A stretch of DNA of 64,000 nt from an uncultured bacterium (GTDB lineage Bacteria > Auribacterota > Tritonobacteria > UBA1439). The DNA lies in contig CAYWRA010000002.1 in NCBI GenBank assembly GCA_964460305.1, positions 3,089 through 67,088 of the forward strand, given 5' to 3'. Each line of letters starts with the position of its first letter. Position 1 is the stretch's first letter. Below, one piece after another: positions 48,107 through 56,873 of this stretch. A program made the translations under genes and the position numbers. The notes under the pieces were generated by a model. The model worked only from the letters and a program-made list of their open reading frames with translations. It did not search any database and was not told the origin of the DNA.

Positions 48107-48576
48107 TGCAATTCATCCATCATTCGACGGTCCTGATCATGCGCCTGTTCCTCGGCGGGCTGTTCATCTACGCAAGCCTGCACAAGCTGGGCGACCCGGC
48201 GTCGTTCGGCAAGATCATCTACGGGTATAAGATACTTCCATCCTGGGCGATCAACCTCCTTGCAATTACTCTTCCGGGCGTGGAGCTTGTCTCGGGCACA
48301 CTTCTTGTCCTCGGCCTCTTCAGCAGGGGGGCGTCGTTTATCATCACGCTCAGCCTCGGCGTTTTTATCTGCGCGATCAGCTACAACCTTTGGAGAGGGC
48401 TTGAGTTCGACTGCGGCTGTTTCTCCTTCGCGCATTCATCGCAGGGGGCCGCCGCCGATCTCCTGATCCGCGATCTCGTCCTCATCGCACTGAGTCTCCG
48501 GGTATTGCTCGCCAAGCGCTATCCCTGCTCGCTGGACTGGCTCTTCGGCCTCGAACGCGGGGGGGGGGCCTCGTAG
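48107..48576 (+). CDS. DoxX/MauE-family membrane protein
   Basis: The product has 4 TM helices and the MauE-type DCGCFS motif. Confidence 0.6.
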
Positions 48577-48647
48577 AGAAACAGCCTAGCCTGCCATAGT
48601 CCCGGATTTTGCCTCGAAGAGATCGAGAAAAAAGGGACGGTTCTGGC

Positions 48648-48749
48648 CCCGCACCGACTAGTCTGGTGCGGAATGTTACAATGTTGATTAACTATTTGCG
48701 CTACAGTAAATATTTATCGGCCGATCAAAGTTGATGAATAGATCAGGCT
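48648..48749 (-). repeat. Repeat family A, copy A6 (reverse orientation, with the ccgcaccgactagtctggtgcgg palindrome)
   Basis: Together with A5, this is an inverted pair bracketing the rhodanese-DoxX pair. Confidence 0.8.
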
Positions 48750-49026
48750 GGAGAGCCGACAGTTGTTTCTTGTTCCGCTTTCCCTCTCTTTTACTCTTTG
48801 TGAAAAATTATTCCTCCCCCAAAGGGCCCCTTTCGGGGCGCGGCAAACAACTTTCTCTCTGTGAATTCCTCTCCCAAGGGGGTCCCTTCTCGATATTGGG
48901 ATTTCAGTTTGATCCCCTTGCCCATCACGTTGGAATAGTGTACAGTAGAATTATGGCGGGCACATTGATGCGCCGGGATAGCGTTATTAGGCAGAGGGCG
49001 AGGATTGCATCAAGGGAAGGAGGGTT

Positions 49027-49332
49027 ATGATGAAAGAGTTTTTGAAGAAGGGGTTGCTCGTGGGGCTCGGTGCGGCGGAGTTCACGCGGGAGACGCTCGC
49101 GAAAACCATTGTAGAGCTCGAGAAGAAAGGCGAGGTCAGCAAGGACGAGGCCAAGAAAATCATGGCTTCGTTCTCGAAGGTTGCCCGGAAGAGGCGCAAG
49201 GAGCTTGAGACGGGCCTGGAAAAGGCATTCGCGTCGCTCCTCGGGAAAACCCGCATCGCCACCGCCGACAGGCTCGAAGAGGTCGAGAAGCGGCTTAAGA
49301 ATCTGGAGAAAAAACTCAAGACCAAGAAATAA
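49027..49332 (+). CDS. Phasin-family (PHA granule-associated) small protein
   Basis: The product has MMKEFLKKGLLVGLGAAEFTRETLAKTIVELEKKGEVS and a Lys/Glu-rich coiled coil. A strong GGAAGGAGGG ribosome-binding site is present. Confidence 0.55.
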   Translation: MMKEFLKKGLLVGLGAAEFTRETLAKTIVELEKKGEVSKDEAKKIMASFSKVARKRRKELETGLEKAFASLLGKTRIATADRLEEVEKRLKNLEKKLKTKK

Positions 49333-49420
49333 TGACAATGTCAAATGACAGATGACAAAACACAATGAGTTTTTGTCATCGGGGCATTTGTAATTCATTT
49401 GTCATTGGGTATTTGTCATT
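49330..49420 (+). repeat. Repeat family B, copy B5
   Basis: aatgacaatgtcaaatgacagatgacaaaacacaatgagtttttgtcat...tttgtcattgggtatttgtcattt. Confidence 0.8.
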
Positions 49421-49429
49421 TATGCAACG

Positions 49430-51112
49430 GTGATGAGATACCTTTCCCTGATCAGACGGCGGGATGAGCTGGCCCGATTCCGGTACGCCATGGGCGTGCT
49501 CTTCCGCTACGGCTTCGGTTATCTCCTCTACGAGCTCAAGCTCGGCGAGCACCTCCCGGTCCTCAATCGTTTCATGAAGGAACGGGAGGCGATGAGGCCG
49601 CTTAGTGTGGGAGAACGCCTACGGCTGGTCTGTGAGGAGCTCGGCCCCACCTTCATCAAATTCGGCCAGTTACTCAGCACACGCATCGACATCATTCCAC
49701 CCGAGGTCATCCGCGAGCTCACGAAACTCCAGGACCACGCCCCGTCGTTCCCATCGGATACAGCCCGGAAGATCGTCGAAGAGGAGCTGGGCAAGCCAGT
49801 GAATGAGCTCTTCGCTCAATTCTCCACCGAGCCGATCGCCGCGGCCTCGATCGCGCAGGTCCACCAGGCTACGCTACCCTCGGGAGAGAAGGTGGTCGTC
49901 AAGGTGCAGCGCCCCAACATCCACGCGCAGGTGGCCGTAGATCTCAACATCCTGGATGCGCTCGCTGGAGGTCTCGAACGCTACGTCCCGGAAAGCCGGG
50001 CCTTCTATCCATCCGACCTGGTCACGTTTTTCCGCAAGTCGATTACGAGGGAGCTCGACTTCCTTTCCGAGGCGCGTAACACCGAGCGGTTCAGGCGCAA
50101 CTTCGCCGATTCCCCCGATATCTGCATCCCAAAGGTCCACTGGCCGCTCACCGCAAGCCGGGTGCTTGTGATGGACGATCTGGAGGGCATACGGGTGGAC
50201 GACGCGACGCGCCTAAAAGAAGCGGGGATCGACCTTAAGGAGACGGCTCTTAAAGGAGCGAAGGCGTTCTTAAAACAGGTTTTCGTCGACAGGTTTTTCC
50301 ATGCCGATCCCCATCCTGGAAATTTCAGCATTCTCCCCGACGGCCGCCTCGTCCTCATCGATTTCGGCATGGTGGGGAGGCTGGACAGCGATCTCCTCGA
50401 GGAGACGGCCAACGTGCTGCTTGCGGTGGCGGACTGGGATTCCGCACGCGCTGCCCGGCATCTCTTGAGGATGCGTGTATCGGAAGACGAAATCGACGAG
50501 GAGTCGTTCAAATCGGACCTCGCCTATCTCATCGAGGGATACGCGGGCCGGCCGCTGAAGGAGATCAGCCTCGGCCACGTGCTCAACGATACGATCCGCA
50601 TCGCGGCCCATTACAAGATGAGGATGCCTCACGACTGCCTGCTCCTGGGAAAAGCGATCGTCACCATCGAGGGGGTGGGCCGCCATCTCGATCCGGATTT
50701 CGACATGGTCAGCGTCGCACGCGAGTACGCCAAACAATACGTCCTATCCCAGTTCAAACCCGCCCACATCAAGGGGCGCATCGAGGACATTGCCAGCGAT
50801 ATGGCCTACCTGCTCAGGGATCTCCCGGGCGATCTCCAACTCATACTCAAAAAAGCGACCAAGGGCCGCCTCAAGCTGGAGTTTCAACACCGGGGGCTCG
50901 ACACGTTCATCGGCGAGATGGATAAGTCAAGCAACCGGCTCTCATTCGGCCTCATTGTAGCCGCGCTCATCATCGGCTCCTCCCTCATGACCCTGAGCGA
51001 CAGGGGGCCGCATCTGCTCGGCCTCCCCCTCTTCGGAATGGCCGGGTTCCTCCTCGCGGGGCTCCTCGGCCTCTGGCTCATCTTCGGCATCGTGCGCTCC
51101 GGGCGGCTCTAA
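49430..51112 (+). CDS. ubiB: UbiB/ABC1-family atypical kinase
   Basis: The product has the motifs AASIAQVHQATL...KVQRPNI and HADPHPGN, plus a C-terminal TM. Confidence 0.75.
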   Translation: MMRYLSLIRRRDELARFRYAMGVLFRYGFGYLLYELKLGEHLPVLNRFMKEREAMRPLSVGERLRLVCEELGPTFIKFGQLLSTRIDIIPPEVIRELTKLQDHAPSFPSDTARKIVEEELGKPVNELFAQFSTEPIAAASIAQVHQATLPSGEKVVVKVQRPNIHAQVAVDLNILDALAGGLERYVPESRAFYPSDLVTFFRKSITRELDFLSEARNTERFRRNFADSPDICIPKVHWPLTASRVLVMDDLEGIRVDDATRLKEAGIDLKETALKGAKAFLKQVFVDRFFHADPHPGNFSILPDGRLVLIDFGMVGRLDSDLLEETANVLLAVADWDSARAARHLLRMRVSEDEIDEESFKSDLAYLIEGYAGRPLKEISLGHVLNDTIRIAAHYKMRMPHDCLLLGKAIVTIEGVGRHLDPDFDMVSVAREYAKQYVLSQFKPAHIKGRIEDIASDMAYLLRDLPGDLQLILKKATKGRLKLEFQHRGLDTFIGEMDKSSNRLSFGLIVAALIIGSSLMTLSDRGPHLLGLPLFGMAGFLLAGLLGLWLIFGIVRSGRL

Positions 51113-51306
51113 CCACAGCCGAAATCTTTCAAACCACGGATTACACAAGATTAACACATGATTTATTTCGATCGAATTCTCGTGCGAATCTTGTGTATTC
51201 TCGTGGTTGCATTTCTTTTACTCTTTGTAACGACAATGTTACCTTTGGTACTCTTTGTGAACCTGTCAGACTTGACGTTTATGCTCGTGGCAAAGGGGGT
51301 GGTCTG

Positions 51307-52209
51307 ATGCGAACGATGGCGATAGGCGATTTATTTTTTCATGCCGCATGCGCCGCGCTCATCGCCTTCGGCATTGTCGCGTTCTCGATCGCTTCGCTCC
51401 ATCCAGCATGGGGGGTGCTCGCAGTGCCGGCGCTCGCCGTGTATGCCGCGTTGGCATTGCGGCGTCCCATGAGGCGGAAAAGACTCGCACAACAGCCCAT
51501 GCCCCTTCCGTGGAGGGATGTGTTGTTCAGGGAGGTGCGTTTCTACCGCGACCTCGATCTCAAGGGCCGCGAGCGCTTCGAACGGAACGCGCGCTATTTC
51601 CTCGCCGAGCATGAGATCGAAGGAGTGGCGGGGGTGGAGATTACCGATGAGATCCGCCTGCTGATTGCCGCCGGGGCCGCGGTGCTTCTTCATGGGCAGC
51701 CGGAGTGGGAGCTGCCGCGGCGGCACACAATTCTCGTGTATCCCGGCGGATTCGACGATAAATTCAGGTGCACGAAACGCGGACCGTTCCTCGGCCGCAC
51801 CTACGGGCAAGGGCCGGTCATCATTGCGCTGGACGCGCTACTCAATGGCTGGCGCGTTCCGGGCGGCGACAACGTCGCCCTGCATGAATTCGCCCATCTG
51901 CTGGACCTGCGGTGCGCCCGCGCCGATGGAGTGCCGCGGATGTTGAACCCGGCGGCCACTGGAGCATGGCTCGCGCTGATCCATCGCGAGATGATGAAGG
52001 TTGAGGCGCATCGCTCGGTGCTGCGCGCCTACGCCTCCGAGAACGAGGCCGAGTTCTTCGCGGTGGCGGTCGAGCATTTTTTCGAGCGGCCGGTCGAGCT
52101 GAAAGAACGCCACCCCGAGCTCTACGCGGCGCTGGCGCAGTTTTTCAATCAAGACCCCGCGGCAGGGCAGCAAATGGTCAGTCTCGGTAGGGTAGCCCCC
52201 CCTCCCTAA
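51307..52209 (+). CDS. M90-family (MtfA-like) zinc metallopeptidase with N-terminal TM segments
   Basis: The product has the HExxH motif NVALHEFAHLLD and an MtfA-like downstream region. An AAGGGGG ribosome-binding site is present. Confidence 0.6.
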   Translation: MRTMAIGDLFFHAACAALIAFGIVAFSIASLHPAWGVLAVPALAVYAALALRRPMRRKRLAQQPMPLPWRDVLFREVRFYRDLDLKGRERFERNARYFLAEHEIEGVAGVEITDEIRLLIAAGAAVLLHGQPEWELPRRHTILVYPGGFDDKFRCTKRGPFLGRTYGQGPVIIALDALLNGWRVPGGDNVALHEFAHLLDLRCARADGVPRMLNPAATGAWLALIHREMMKVEAHRSVLRAYASENEAEFFAVAVEHFFERPVELKERHPELYAALAQFFNQDPAAGQQMVSLGRVAPPP

Positions 52210-52257
52210 CCCTCCCCCACAAGGGGGGAGGAAAGTAACGAGGAGATAGCGATACCA

Positions 52258-53604
52258 ATGCGAAAGATCAAAATTCCAGCATGCATGCTAGTTTTTGTGA
52301 TGCTTCTTGTTGAGTCTCTACAGGCCGAGTGGGTCACGGACAAGAAGGTGGATGAGACGCTCAAACGCGTGGCGGCCTTCGCTCGCTGCGAGAAGGAACT
52401 CGCGACGTCAAAATCCGAAAGCCAGCGGCAGGCGCTCCGGGGACAGCTCGATCGGATGAAGAGAGATCTCACGCGCGAACGGATCGACTACGGGAGCTTC
52501 ATCGGCATCCGCGGCCAGGCTGAGGACATCCAGGGAGACTGGTTCTTCGATGGGCAGTGGATCGCGAACAGCGTCTACTGGAGGATATTCCGCCTCTTCA
52601 ACCTGCCGAGGAACCTGCGCCGCCTAGTGGGCCGTCCCGCTCGCGCGAGCGATCTGACGGCAAATGGCGGAATCCCCGACTCGGCGTTCTTCTTCAATAC
52701 CGACTTACGCGCCATCACGCCCGGCATCTTAAGGGAGCAGGACGAGGCCATACGCCCGCGCGGGAAAATCACGATCACACGCAAGAAGCAGGAGGGCCAG
52801 TCCAAGGGCTTCTATGGCATGGACAGCCGCGGCGTCGAGTACATCATTATCGTCGATCCGCCGGGGATGGAAGAGCAGGTCACGTCAGCGGAAGTGATCG
52901 GCTCCACGCTAATGCGGATGGCAGGCTATAACGTCGCCGGGAGCGCCATCGTCACGATAGAAGGGACTGCCAATCCCGAGTTCGACGGCCGGCGCGGAGT
53001 GGCCACGAAACTCGTCAAGGGGTATAAGGGCCACTGGACTTACCGCGCGTTCGAGGACCGGCGGGAGATGCGCGCGGGCATGGTCTTCGCCGCCTGGATC
53101 CACAACACCGACTGGCTGGACCACAACACCGGGATCAGCGTGATCGAGGTTGACGGAATCCCTCTCACCCGCTACTACGTCTTCGACTTCGGTGGATCGC
53201 TCGGTAGCTGGAACATACGCACCAAGGAGCCGCGGGACGGCTGGGAGCATTACGTCAGCTTCCACGAGTTTTTCCTCTGGCCGATTGCGCGTCCCCTCGA
53301 ACTTGCTGGGCTTGTCAGGAAACCGTACGCCGCCAGCGGCGCTCAGTACAGCGAGGCCGTGGGTTACTTCGACAGCAACTTCCGCCCTGACCGCTACAGG
53401 CCGAACTATCCTAACATGGCCTGGGCGGAGATGACGGCCGAGGACGGCCGCTGGGCCGCGGGCGTGATCGCCGGCTACAGCGAGGAGCAGATCCGGACCG
53501 CCGTGGATCTCGCCCGCTACACTCGCGCCGAGGACGCTGATTACGTATATAAGACGCTGCTCGCAAGACGGCAGAGGATACTGGATCATTATAACCCGAA
53601 ATGA
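52258..53604 (+). CDS. Secreted hypothetical protein with protein-kinase-like catalytic signature
   Basis: A signal peptide is present. The product has WIHNTDWLDHN (an HxD...N catalytic-loop-like motif), followed ~25 aa later by DFGGS (a DFG-like motif). Confidence 0.35.
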   Translation: MRKIKIPACMLVFVMLLVESLQAEWVTDKKVDETLKRVAAFARCEKELATSKSESQRQALRGQLDRMKRDLTRERIDYGSFIGIRGQAEDIQGDWFFDGQWIANSVYWRIFRLFNLPRNLRRLVGRPARASDLTANGGIPDSAFFFNTDLRAITPGILREQDEAIRPRGKITITRKKQEGQSKGFYGMDSRGVEYIIIVDPPGMEEQVTSAEVIGSTLMRMAGYNVAGSAIVTIEGTANPEFDGRRGVATKLVKGYKGHWTYRAFEDRREMRAGMVFAAWIHNTDWLDHNTGISVIEVDGIPLTRYYVFDFGGSLGSWNIRTKEPRDGWEHYVSFHEFFLWPIARPLELAGLVRKPYAASGAQYSEAVGYFDSNFRPDRYRPNYPNMAWAEMTAEDGRWAAGVIAGYSEEQIRTAVDLARYTRAEDADYVYKTLLARRQRILDHYNPK

Positions 53605-53690
53605 CAAATGACGAAACACTATGAGGTTTTGACATTTGGTCATTTGTAATTCATTTGTCATTTGTGCTTTGTCATTTGTCATTTGTCATT
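53600..53690 (+). repeat. Repeat family B, copy B6, with four tandem TGTCATT heptamers
   Basis: aatgacaaatgacgaaacactatgaggttttgacat...tttgtcatttgtgctttgtcatttgtcatttgtcatt. Confidence 0.8.
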
Positions 53691-53718
53691 CCTGCTGTGG
53701 TTCATTTATGGTGAAAAA

Positions 53719-56700
53719 GTGAGCCTTTCGCTGGAAAAGCTCCTCAAGGTGCGACGGGCGGAGCAGCCGCTGCTCATGCTCATGGTCGGGACCATCTGCC
53801 TCTTCCAGTTCTGCCAGATTATCAACGAGAACTTCTCGGAGACGGTGTTCCTCAAGCGCTATGGCGGCGTGCGCTACCTCCCCACCACGTTTTTTTTCAA
53901 CTCCATCGTCTTCCTGGCCATCCTCACCATGCTCAACCGGGTGGTCGACCGCACCGCGCGGACCAAGCTCGTGTCGAACCTCCTGCTCGTATTCGCGGGA
54001 CTGCTCATCTGCATGAGATTCCTCATCCTCGTGCGCGCGCCCCTCACCTACCCCATCATCTACATCATGGTCAAGCAGATGAAGTACGTCTTCTTCATCG
54101 TCTTCTGGACGCTCACCACCGACGTCTATTCGACCCGCAAGGCGCGAAGAATATTCCCCATCATCGGCGGCGGCGCGGTCATGGGTACCATCGCCGGGAG
54201 CCTCCTCAACCGCCGGATCGCCGCCCTCACAGGGACCGACAATCTGGTGCTCTTTTCGAGCGCCGGCATGATCGTCTCATACGCGCTTGTGGGGCTCGGG
54301 AGGCGCCAGGTGGGCAGGCTCTCGCCCATAAGCTTCGCGCCGGCGGAAAGCGTCACGATGGCCTCGCTCGGAAAATTCCTCAAGCGGGAACTCGTTCAAC
54401 TCCGCGGCTCTTCGTTGCTAGGCTATCTCATGGCCCTCGCATTTCTACCCGGTATCGTCGCGCCGATGTTCGACTATATATTCGATTATCTCGCCAACGA
54501 GACTTACGGGTCCGAGGCGTCGCTGCTCGGCTTCTTCGGTGTCTTCAAGGGATCGTTCAACATACTCATCCTCGCTTGTCAGGTCGTCCTGGTGGGCGGC
54601 GTGTTCCGCCGATTCGGGATCGTCAACGTGCTCTTTTCGTATCCCATCGGATATCTGTTCGCGTTCGGCGGGCTCTATTTCGGTTTCCGGATGCCGTCTG
54701 CGGTCATCGGGAGGTCGGCCCTCGAGGTGATCGACGCCGCCTTCTACAAACCGGGCTCGCAGATGCTCTACAGCATTATCCCCGTGGAACTCCGCGGCCG
54801 GGTGAGCGCCCTCGTCCAGGGGGCTGTCCGCAGGTTGGGAGAGCTCGCGGGGAGCGGGCTGCTGGTGGTGCTGAAGGCGTTCGTTTCGCCGCTGAACCTC
54901 AACCTGGTCGGCCCGTTCTTCGCCATTATATGGGCTTTCTGCGACTACCGGTTGAAGCGCTCCTACTCCACGATCCTCTACCGGAGCCTGAGCGAAAAAC
55001 ACGTGAACTTTGCGGAGCTCGAGGGCCACGACCTCCGCTCTCTCATGACGGCCCGGACGGCCGACGTTCTCGCGAAAAACCTCGCAAGCCGGAAGGCGGC
55101 GACCGCGCTCATGGCGGCGAGGTTGCTCAGCCAATCGGGGATCAGCGGCTGGCCCGAGATGGTGTGCGCAGAGTCGGCCCGCAGGGAGCCGGCCCTACAG
55201 ATCGAAATGCTTAGAATTGTGGGGACGGGTCCGCCAGCCGAGGTGGTGCCGGCGTTGCTAGGGGTGTGCGACAGGATCCATGAGTCTGCGCGCGTGGAAC
55301 TCGCGATGCTCGTGAGGCGCATGGCGCCCGAGAAGGGAGTCGAGCTGTTTAGGAAGGGCTTGAAGAGCGGTGACCGCCGCCTCGTCGCCGAGTCCGTGCT
55401 CGGCCTCATGGCGGCGGGGGAACGGATCGATGCGGGATGGGTTCATGAGAAGCTCGATTCGGAACAGCCGGAGGAAGTGTGCTGCGCCCTCTATCTCCTG
55501 GGAGGGATCGGAGACCGTTCCGGGCTCGATCGGGTACGCGCCTTCGCGCGCGCGGTCGACCCTGCCGTGAGAGCGGAGTGCGCCCTGGCCCTCGGTAAGC
55601 TGGGGCTCAACGCCTCTTCGGACCATTGGCCCGCCCTCCTCGCCGACGGCGACACACGAGTCCGGCTCAAAGCGGTCGAGGGGCTGTCCGCGCTCCGCGC
55701 TCCCCAGGCGGTCTCCCTCGCGATCCCGCTCCTCGGCGACGAGGACAGGGCTGTGCGTGAGGCGGCGCGCGCGCTCATCGACAGCCAGGGAGAAACCGCA
55801 ATCCCAGTCCTTACACACGCGCTCCCGGAGGCCGGGTTTTTCGCGAGGAGGGCGCTGATCGGAATCCTCGACAACCTTGGCGTAAAAGAGCAGACCCTCC
55901 TCACGTTCATCGATACGAAGGTTCGCGATGGGTACCAGGCAGTCGCGAGAATGCGCGCGGTGGAGGGGATGCCGCCGGGCCGCTCCCGGGATGCGCTATC
56001 GCTCCTTCTCCGGGACCGATTGAGCGAGGCAACCGACGCCATCCTCCGGTTGCTCGCCGTGCTACTGAAGGGGAGTCGGGTGCAGTTCATCCTCGATAGC
56101 TCACACGATCGCGAGGAAGCGGTGCGGGAGCAGGCGCTCGAGGCGTTGGAGAACGTGCTCACAGCCGATCTCGCCAGGAGGCTCCTGCCACTCCTCGAAG
56201 ACCTCCCCCTGGAACTCAAGCTCGCCGCCGGTTCGCGATTCTATCCGCTTGACGAAATCGACCCATGCGGCATTTTTGAGGAAATGTTGGATTCCGGCAG
56301 CCGCCCCGATGCGCTATGCGGCCTCATGTGCATCGCCGAAGCGCATGAGCGGGGACAACCGCCCATCACCCCCGCTCTTGGGGACCGGGCCGCCAGGGAG
56401 ACCGAGAAGAGGAATATACAAGGAGATACGTCCGTGGAAAACCTAATGGAAAAAGTGCTAACCTTAAAAGGCGTCCCCATCTTCTCTAATCTGCGATTCA
56501 AGGAACTGCTCGCGATCGCCTCGATATCGAAGGAGGAGACCTTCCATGCCGGCGACGCCATCATCAAGCAAGGGGAACGCGGTTATACAATGTATATTAT
56601 CACCGCAGGGAGCGTGCGCATCGTCTCCTATGCCGGGAAGGAAGAAGTGCCGCTTGCGAAACTTGGCGCCAATGATTATTTCGGCGAAATGGCGCTCTTC

Positions 56701-56871
56701 GACGATTCCCCCCGTTCCGCCACCGCCATCGCCGATGGGGACGTTCGGGTGCTCGCGATACACAAGCGCGAATTCAGGGACATGCTCCGCGAATACCCGG
56801 GGGTCGCTATCATGATGTGCGAGGAGTTCTGCCGCCGCCTCCGAGTTACAATTGAGAAAGTTGGGGCATAG
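53719..56871 (+). CDS. Multidomain membrane protein with an N-terminal TLC/Npt-like 12-TM transporter domain, central HEAT/PBS-lyase repeats and a C-terminal cyclic-nucleotide-binding domain
   Basis: The TLC-like core is VFFIVFWTLTTDVYSTRKARRIFPIIGGGAVMGTIAGS. HEAT-like repeats include VRLKAVEGLSALRAPQAVSLAIPLLGDEDRAVREAA. The cNMP-binding signature is FGEMALFDDSPRSATAIA. The start site is uncertain because the ORF begins inside a family B repeat. It could be the GTG at 53719 or the ATG at 53776. Confidence 0.6.
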   Translation: MSLSLEKLLKVRRAEQPLLMLMVGTICLFQFCQIINENFSETVFLKRYGGVRYLPTTFFFNSIVFLAILTMLNRVVDRTARTKLVSNLLLVFAGLLICMRFLILVRAPLTYPIIYIMVKQMKYVFFIVFWTLTTDVYSTRKARRIFPIIGGGAVMGTIAGSLLNRRIAALTGTDNLVLFSSAGMIVSYALVGLGRRQVGRLSPISFAPAESVTMASLGKFLKRELVQLRGSSLLGYLMALAFLPGIVAPMFDYIFDYLANETYGSEASLLGFFGVFKGSFNILILACQVVLVGGVFRRFGIVNVLFSYPIGYLFAFGGLYFGFRMPSAVIGRSALEVIDAAFYKPGSQMLYSIIPVELRGRVSALVQGAVRRLGELAGSGLLVVLKAFVSPLNLNLVGPFFAIIWAFCDYRLKRSYSTILYRSLSEKHVNFAELEGHDLRSLMTARTADVLAKNLASRKAATALMAARLLSQSGISGWPEMVCAESARREPALQIEMLRIVGTGPPAEVVPALLGVCDRIHESARVELAMLVRRMAPEKGVELFRKGLKSGDRRLVAESVLGLMAAGERIDAGWVHEKLDSEQPEEVCCALYLLGGIGDRSGLDRVRAFARAVDPAVRAECALALGKLGLNASSDHWPALLADGDTRVRLKAVEGLSALRAPQAVSLAIPLLGDEDRAVREAARALIDSQGETAIPVLTHALPEAGFFARRALIGILDNLGVKEQTLLTFIDTKVRDGYQAVARMRAVEGMPPGRSRDALSLLLRDRLSEATDAILRLLAVLLKGSRVQFILDSSHDREEAVREQALEALENVLTADLARRLLPLLEDLPLELKLAAGSRFYPLDEIDPCGIFEEMLDSGSRPDALCGLMCIAEAHERGQPPITPALGDRAARETEKRNIQGDTSVENLMEKVLTLKGVPIFSNLRFKELLAIASISKEETFHAGDAIIKQGERGYTMYIITAGSVRIVSYAGKEEVPLAKLGANDYFGEMALFDDSPRSATAIADGDVRVLAIHKREFRDMLREYPGVAIMMCEEFCRRLRVTIEKVGA

Positions 56872-56873
56872 TG

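Noticed and set aside
48925-49398. 157-aa minus-strand ORF overlapping the phasin gene
   Set aside because: The plus-strand phasin ORF has a strong ribosome-binding site and a recognisable family signature. The minus ORF is low-complexity antisense.
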